DNA from: Macrostomum lignano
Taxonomy: Eukaryota
Reading direction: 5' to 3'
NCBI GenBank assembly: GCA_002269645.1
Contig: NIVC01001102.1
Span: forward strand, 248,001 to 312,000
DNA: 64,000 nt
Part shown: piece by piece, positions 58,197 through 64,000 of the stretch
Layout: the number at the start of each line of letters is the position of its first letter
How positions within the stretch are numbered: the first letter of the stretch is position 1
Translations under genes and position numbers: made by a program
Notes under the pieces: model-generated
Seen by the model: only the letters and a program-made list of their open reading frames with translations
Database searches by the model: none
Told to the model about the DNA's origin: nothing

Positions 58197-60185
58197 TCAA
58201 AAACAGTGTTCCAATGAACCCAGCAGTCGCAACTCAACAAAACCGTGCTCGCTTGCTGCATTTTGTCCTGCAATGGCGGTGCACCCGCTGCCGCCGCAAA
58301 ACGAGCCGCCGCCGCCTCCGGCGTTGTCCGCTTTCACGCCGGCACCGCCTCCGCTGAAGCCACCGCCTCCGCCGCTGGCTCCGTTCTTCGATCCGTCCAT
58401 CTCGATGCCGCCGCCTCCACCGCCGCCGCCGAATCCACCATAACCGGTGCAGCCGTCTCCAGCTCTGCCGCCGGCCCAGCCGTTTGCCAGGCCGCCGCCT
58501 CGCTCGCCGTCGCTAGAGTTTCGCCTCGGGTTGACGGCGCTGCCCAGCCAGCCGGCGCCGCAGCCACCGTGGGTTGCTCCATAAGTAGTTCTCCAGGGCT
58601 CGTTGTAGCCGGGCTGGCCGTTGACACCTCCCAGACCAATGAATAACCCCTTTTCCGAAATCGAGTCGCTTCCGTTGACTTCCGCTTGACCTGAAAGGCC
58701 TGTTAGATTGACAATTGGTGAAGGTAGCCTGATATTTAAAAAAATTGCAGGACTGTGGATAAGCAGAAGCAACTTTTTCAGCGACATCGTCCGACGACCA
58801 GCGCTGAGGCAATTTTGCCCAATCTGCTGATTACTGAACTGCCAATACTGTACGCAGAGGCGCACTAATGCAGACTCTCACACAGGGTGTACAGTGGTCC
58901 TAACGTTCTAATCGTCAGGCATATGTACACTCTTGTGTTAATGTGAACACGCCGAACTGAAGCTTTAAGCATCAGAAAGTCTCCGTGTAAGCGAAGGCAA
59001 AGTTTCAGCAGGAACATGCAAACCGACAGTATTCCTACAACAGTTAAGTTATTTTATAACGGAAATATTGATACAGGATATGCCTTATTACCATCGATTT
59101 TCCTGTTCGCACCGCCACCTCCACCAGCTGCAATAAGCAGCTGACTGTCAACAGTGCGGTAAACGAAGCTGCCTCCTCCGCCGCCGCAGCTGCAACGTCG
59201 TTTGCCTTCGCCGTCAAGCTCGATCGAGCCGCCAGCCTGTCCAACAACAATGCTGAGCTGAGTGCCGGCTGTCAGGTTGAAGCTGCCGGCAACCCAGGAC
59301 CCGTTGCCACCGAGTTTGGATGAGGCAATGTGATCACCGCCTCTGGCTCCGGCGACCTCAATGCGGTAGCAGCCGGTCAGGGTGATATTCACCTGTTGAA
59401 TGCTACCGACTCTTCCAGAGCTGCTGTCTGAAATACATAAATCATACAGAACTTTAGAAGGATTAAAATGATTAAAATTCAGTAAAAGCAAAGCTCACTT
59501 CGCAACTTGATGGTGGTGGCATTGCTGATCACCGCAGCCAAAGTCGCATTGACTTCGGAGCTTACAAACACCTGCGATTCAACTTCCGATCCCACATCCG
59601 ATGAAGTTTCAAAGTTTAAATGTTTTACAGAAACACCGGTCACTTTTATAAGCTGGCAAACAGATTTTGTAGTCATGACAACGGCTAAGATGCAACCGTG
59701 CAGCTGGCAATGAATCACACAGTCAAGCACTGATGGCAGACCCGTGATGTTGGTCACTTCTGTGCTAACGGCACGAGTGAGGTGAAATGGGCCCTCGATC
59801 TTTTGATACTTGGCTCCGGAACAGAGTCCTAAAGTTTTAAGATGGTTGAATTTAAATACTCGTAGTTTGCAAATTGTTCTGCAATTTCGTGCATTTATCG
59901 AGTTTCATGCTTGAGAATTTTTGTCACTTTGTCATCAACGCTATCTTGTACTTCATGGGCAATTATGAATGAATGCAGATATTTAGTGACAAATGTTTGC
60001 AGAAATTACAAATTCATATTATTTTAAGTTTGATAAACACTTTCCATGAATAACAATAATATTTTTAGGCACTGGTTGTTTACTCGAGAACAAAGGGTTT
60101 GTTTTGGCTTACCTTCCGAACAACTAAGCTGTGTACACAACATAATCAAGGCTACCTTGACGACTGCTTTGATTCTGTAGTTCAT
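58197..60185 (-). CDS. Secreted PAN/apple-like + ALK/LTK-like glycine-rich domain protein, about 410 aa; exons 60185-60113, 59828-59499, 59427-59092, 58690-58197
   Basis: Signal-like MNYRIKAVVKVALIMLCTQLSCSE; Cys pattern DCVIHCQLHGC..VCQL; YRIEVAGARGG, GSFNL, IVVGQAG, GGGGGSFV, LIAAGGGGG, GGFGGGGG, GGGGGFSGG and GGGGGSF..HGFVEL typical of the ALK/LTK Gly-rich region. All phases are 1 and consistent. Confidence 0.85.
58852..58940 (-). mobile_element. SINE family A core, intronic
   Basis: cacacagggtgtacagtggtcctaacgttctaatcgtcaggcatatgtacactct matches the family core. Confidence 0.7.
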
Positions 60186-60444
60186 GAGGGTGCTGTTAAT
60201 TATAATATCGCTTAATGTAAGAAGCGATCAGTTCTAGCAACCGTTTTTACAGAACAGGAGCATTTGGTATCCTGTCATCCTTTAAATCCAGCGGATTGAA
60301 GTAACTTCTCTCTCAATGCCTGACCAATGGCAGCAGATGCAATTCTATGACTTACCTTTCTCAGGTAGTTTTTCGAATTTTCGAGAAATGTTCTGCGTTC
60401 CTTTAATTTAGAATTCTCATGTAAGATAGTTGGGTCAGGGCCGA

Positions 60445-60670
60445 GAGAGTACCTCTGCGATAAACGCGTTTGACTCTTGCGCTACGACAAGGTCGATATA
60501 ATTTCTCGCACCAGTTTAAATTGACGTCCAGGATCGTTGCCGCGTGATTCACGGCCATGAGGGCCAACCCCCAAGACACTGCAGAGAGTGTACATGCCGG
60601 ACGATAAGAAAGTCAGGGCCGTTGTACACCCTGCGTGAGCTGTGTGTATTAGCGCGTGCCTGCGTACAGT
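60445..60670 (+). mobile_element. SINE family A, plus orientation
   Basis: taaacgcgtttgactc head, ggccaacccccaag, gagtgtacatgccggacgataagaaagtcagggccgttgtacacc core. Confidence 0.75.
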
Positions 60671-62576
60671 ATTAGCACGCTTGCATGTGCTCAGGAGTCA
60701 GCATCGTTGCGACAGGGTGCTCACAAAACCTGCTGCAATTACTATATATGTAGTCCGAAGTAGTTAAGTGAAGATTCATAGTACACAAAATCAGTCGCCT
60801 TTTGTAAGGAGAGGTTGACGATAGCAAAGAGTTACTCCTTCGTAAAATGCGTCCCTCAAAAAATTGATTACCAATCAAACGGTTTCGTGTGCAATACGAA
60901 GGTAAATATCATCCGATTACTCATCTGGTACTTATTTTATGCAATAAAAATCATATAATTCTAAGAATAAAATCATTAATACCCTACCTATTCTTAATTA
61001 GTTTTAGATAAATGCAGTTCAATATTTTCAACATTCAATAGTGTAGTTCCATATTTAAAGATATTGTCTTATTGTCTTTAAGTTCGGCACAGGTGCATTG
61101 CGTAAAGTACAGCTAGTATAATACGGTATCATTTGAATAATTCTAACTGATGGAACATACGGTTACATATATGTTCAATTTTTATTTACGCGCATAGCTC
61201 AATTGTTTTAACTGTTTTTCTAGCTGTATTTAAACTAATTTCAATTTTTCTATCATTTTACATTTGCAGTTAAACCATAATCCGGTCCAGACCTCCGATA
61301 TCCTTTTGCCAAACATATCAAGCTCCAGCTAATAATCAAGACCAGCTAATGGCCAAATAATATGCCATGCAGGAAGTCGATGCCTTGAAAATGGATATTT
61401 TGGGTGTTTAAAAGCAAATACAAAGGCGCCAAACTGCTACGGTTGCGGTGTAATATCCGATAAAAATAGACAAAGCTCCGTTCGCCTTCTATCAGTTAAA
61501 TACACGAGCCGAATTCTCTGTTTCCTGCTTGCTGTCCCACAAATTCAAGGCAAATAAAGAAACCCAGTCAGTTTGCCTATCTAAATGCATTGGCAATGGC
61601 AACCGTCTGCCAAGATAGGTAATCCTAAATTTTGCAGCCTTTTCTGTGACATGCGTCACTTGTTTGCTTTCAATGCGAGAAATTGGACTGCAGTTTGCTT
61701 TGCCGCTCAGGCCGCTCAGGCATCAGACACATAACGTGATTTATAATACATCAATTCGTCAGTACTTACTAACTGGTTTTCAACAGTAGCTAATGAGACC
61801 TATTCTTGATCACTGACCTATGAGAGAACTAATGCAGTGAAGCCTGAGACGCCTCCCAGATGCCATCACAACAGCCTGCATTTGTAAACAATTTGGAGTT
61901 TGTAATGCCGACAGGTTAATAACAAAGTAACGTATCCAGCTCTGCTGAATAGCTTGTGATAATATGTACATGTACTCAAGGTCGGTACGATTATACATTC
62001 GTTTTTATGAGCATTTTTAGGATAATTTTGCAGTTCCATCGTGAAATTAGCAAAAATGTGCTGGTAGAGCTTTTACTGTTCCTTTTCTATTCCACCAACC
62101 CTACACTTCGAAGCTTTGAGAATTTATAGGCTGTATTCAGAATGAAAGTTATAATATTTATGATCCAAATAAAACTTAGCAAGCAACAGCCCACCGCCAA
62201 CTCAGATTCTGAGGATTTCCTGTCAAAAATTCGCTCATTGTATTGAGGCAGGGCTTGAATATTCTATCATTATTACTAGCAGTAGATAACTGCGAGTCAA
62301 TTTTCCCAACCAATCAAATAATTCCTCTTTAATTTGTTTAAATTTTATCTTTTTTGTTTTAAAGCTTATTAAATTGTTATAATTCGCTAATTTTGTTTAA
62401 ATGCATGTTCCCTTCCCCAAAAATTTAGTATAAAAGGAGGAGGCCGACCCCAAAATAAAATCAACCTTTGCTCCTACGGCTCTTCGATTTCTATTGCCGT
62501 TTGTAAGAAGCTCTTGGCGAAAGAAGTATAAATCTGACTAAGACTTATCTTGTTATTTCTTTGAGAATAGAGAGAA

Positions 62577-62750
62577 GGTCGTGGAGACCCAAAACTAGGA
62601 GTCTAGATAGGGAAAACTTGAGGTCGTGGAGACCCAAAACTAGGAGTCTAGATAGGGAAAACTTGAGGTCGTGGAGACCAAAAACTAGGAGTCTAGATAG
62701 GGAAAACTTGAGGTCGTGGAGACCCAAGACTAGGAGTCTGAATAAGGGGG
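62577..62750. repeat. 45-bp tandem repeat, about 4 units
   Basis: GTCGTGGAGACCCAAAACTAGGAGTCTAGATAGGGAAAACTTGAG repeated. Confidence 0.9.
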
Positions 62751-64000
62751 GAACTCGAGGTCGTGCAAACCCTAAGAAGGCCGTACAGGCCAGCAATAGA
62801 CATTAAGCGCTAGGTATTAGGGGATTAGGTAGCTACCGCTGGACACCCTTAGTCCTCGGAATCGCCAGACTTTCGGACTAAATTAGGGAATTAGATAGTG
62901 TCTTACCGCTAGGGCACTACACGCTATCACAAGGTTTTCTAAGAAACCACGTGAATTAGAACATTACTAAGAGGAATAACAGTTTAGGGGTAAACGATAC
63001 TCTTTAAAGTCGACAACTTAGTGACAAATCGGTGGGAAATAATAAAGCAGCAAAGGGGCTAGCACACTATATTCATACACTGAACTACGGTCATTGTTTT
63101 GCTGAATAAAGAATTTCTTAGAAAACAATTCACACTGTAAATCGTGATGGCTGCATTTCTAACAATGATGGTGCTGATCCCACAGCAGATGGAAAATGTT
63201 GATCACTTCTGTGCGCACAAGCTGACTTAGGGCTTCCCATCCTAAAATATTTGGTAGAGAGATCACTGTGGAAAAGTTAAGGCAGCGAAATTTACATTTC
63301 TACAGGATCTCGCAAGAATAACAATAGGTAAAACCAACGAGCTGAACATTTACTCTGGTCGGTGCCCAATGCTTGTCCTAAAGGCGCAGCAAATGCTATT
63401 TGGAAACTTTTCAAAGCCCAGTCAGAGTTCTTGCTATCCAGAGTAATTAACGAACAGTTCACGTCACGCTCGCGGCAGCGTCAGGTAGTGGCCTGTGAAT
63501 TAAGGAATTCTGCAAAAAATAGCGATTTTATTAGCTCGGCGTATAAATTAGATGTCTTAGGCAAACAGAATGATGTGTTTGAATTTTAGTTTTTTGAGTG
63601 ATTGGCCTCGAAAATACAGGTGTGTTTGGCAAAAGTGCGTCGCGATACAATTACATGTAGGTAAAGTACAAGCTGAAAAGTAGCAAGAAAGGAATTAAAA
63701 GCAAATATATTATAGTCTATATGAAAATGTTTGCACACTGATAGCTGACTGCGAGTAAGAGAACCCAGAAACCGGTTCACGCCCTTTGTGAGTTTGAATC
63801 TCATTTTTTGACACACATGTGGAATCTTGCAGTAACATCCTGCTTGCGTACTATAACCGAAGCCAACTCTGCTCGTGTGTGAACAAATAGCGCCCATATA
63901 ACTGCATTCGTGGACTCTGCCCAACGTGAATTACCGTGAAAAAGCCATAGAACGACTAGGAAAAGCCAAGCCATGAACTTTTCTGTTCACTCGTCATCGC

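Noticed and set aside
62545-62806. SWRPKTRSLDRENLR repeat protein
   Set aside because: 45-bp tandem repeat open on both strands, with no ATG start or splice support.

Overview
Eukaryotic (metazoan) genomic DNA: spliceosomal GT-AG introns, SINEs, LINE relics and abundant micro/minisatellites. The style suggests a free-living flatworm such as Macrostomum, but that is an unverified inference. Recognisable genes: intronless FIS1, 3-exon ERG28, an 11-exon ADAM17-like metalloprotease, and four paralog pairs. The pairs are (i) two Mab-21/cGAS-like nucleotidyltransferases (cGLR-like), about 98% identical over 367 codons but sharply divergent around the third catalytic carboxylate and at the C-terminus; (ii) two tandem kynurenine aminotransferase-like genes; (iii) two intronless head-to-head kinases with DFD instead of DFG, no glycine-rich loop and a shared unrecognised C-terminal domain; (iv) a secreted PAN-like + ALK/LTK glycine-rich protein plus a decayed copy disrupted by a foldback element. 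Between the cGLR genes lie an Ngaro-type tyrosine-recombinase retrotransposon (A1-ORFs-B1-A2-B2 repeats, SAP-headed gag) and a 3.5-kb 20-bp satellite. Also present: Gypsy and RTE relics, two tRNA-derived SINE families (one with a MIR-like CORE), and many 16-45 bp tandem arrays, several filling introns. Exon models were built by hand from splice consensus, phase and remembered family motifs; no searches were run and identity figures are by-eye estimates.
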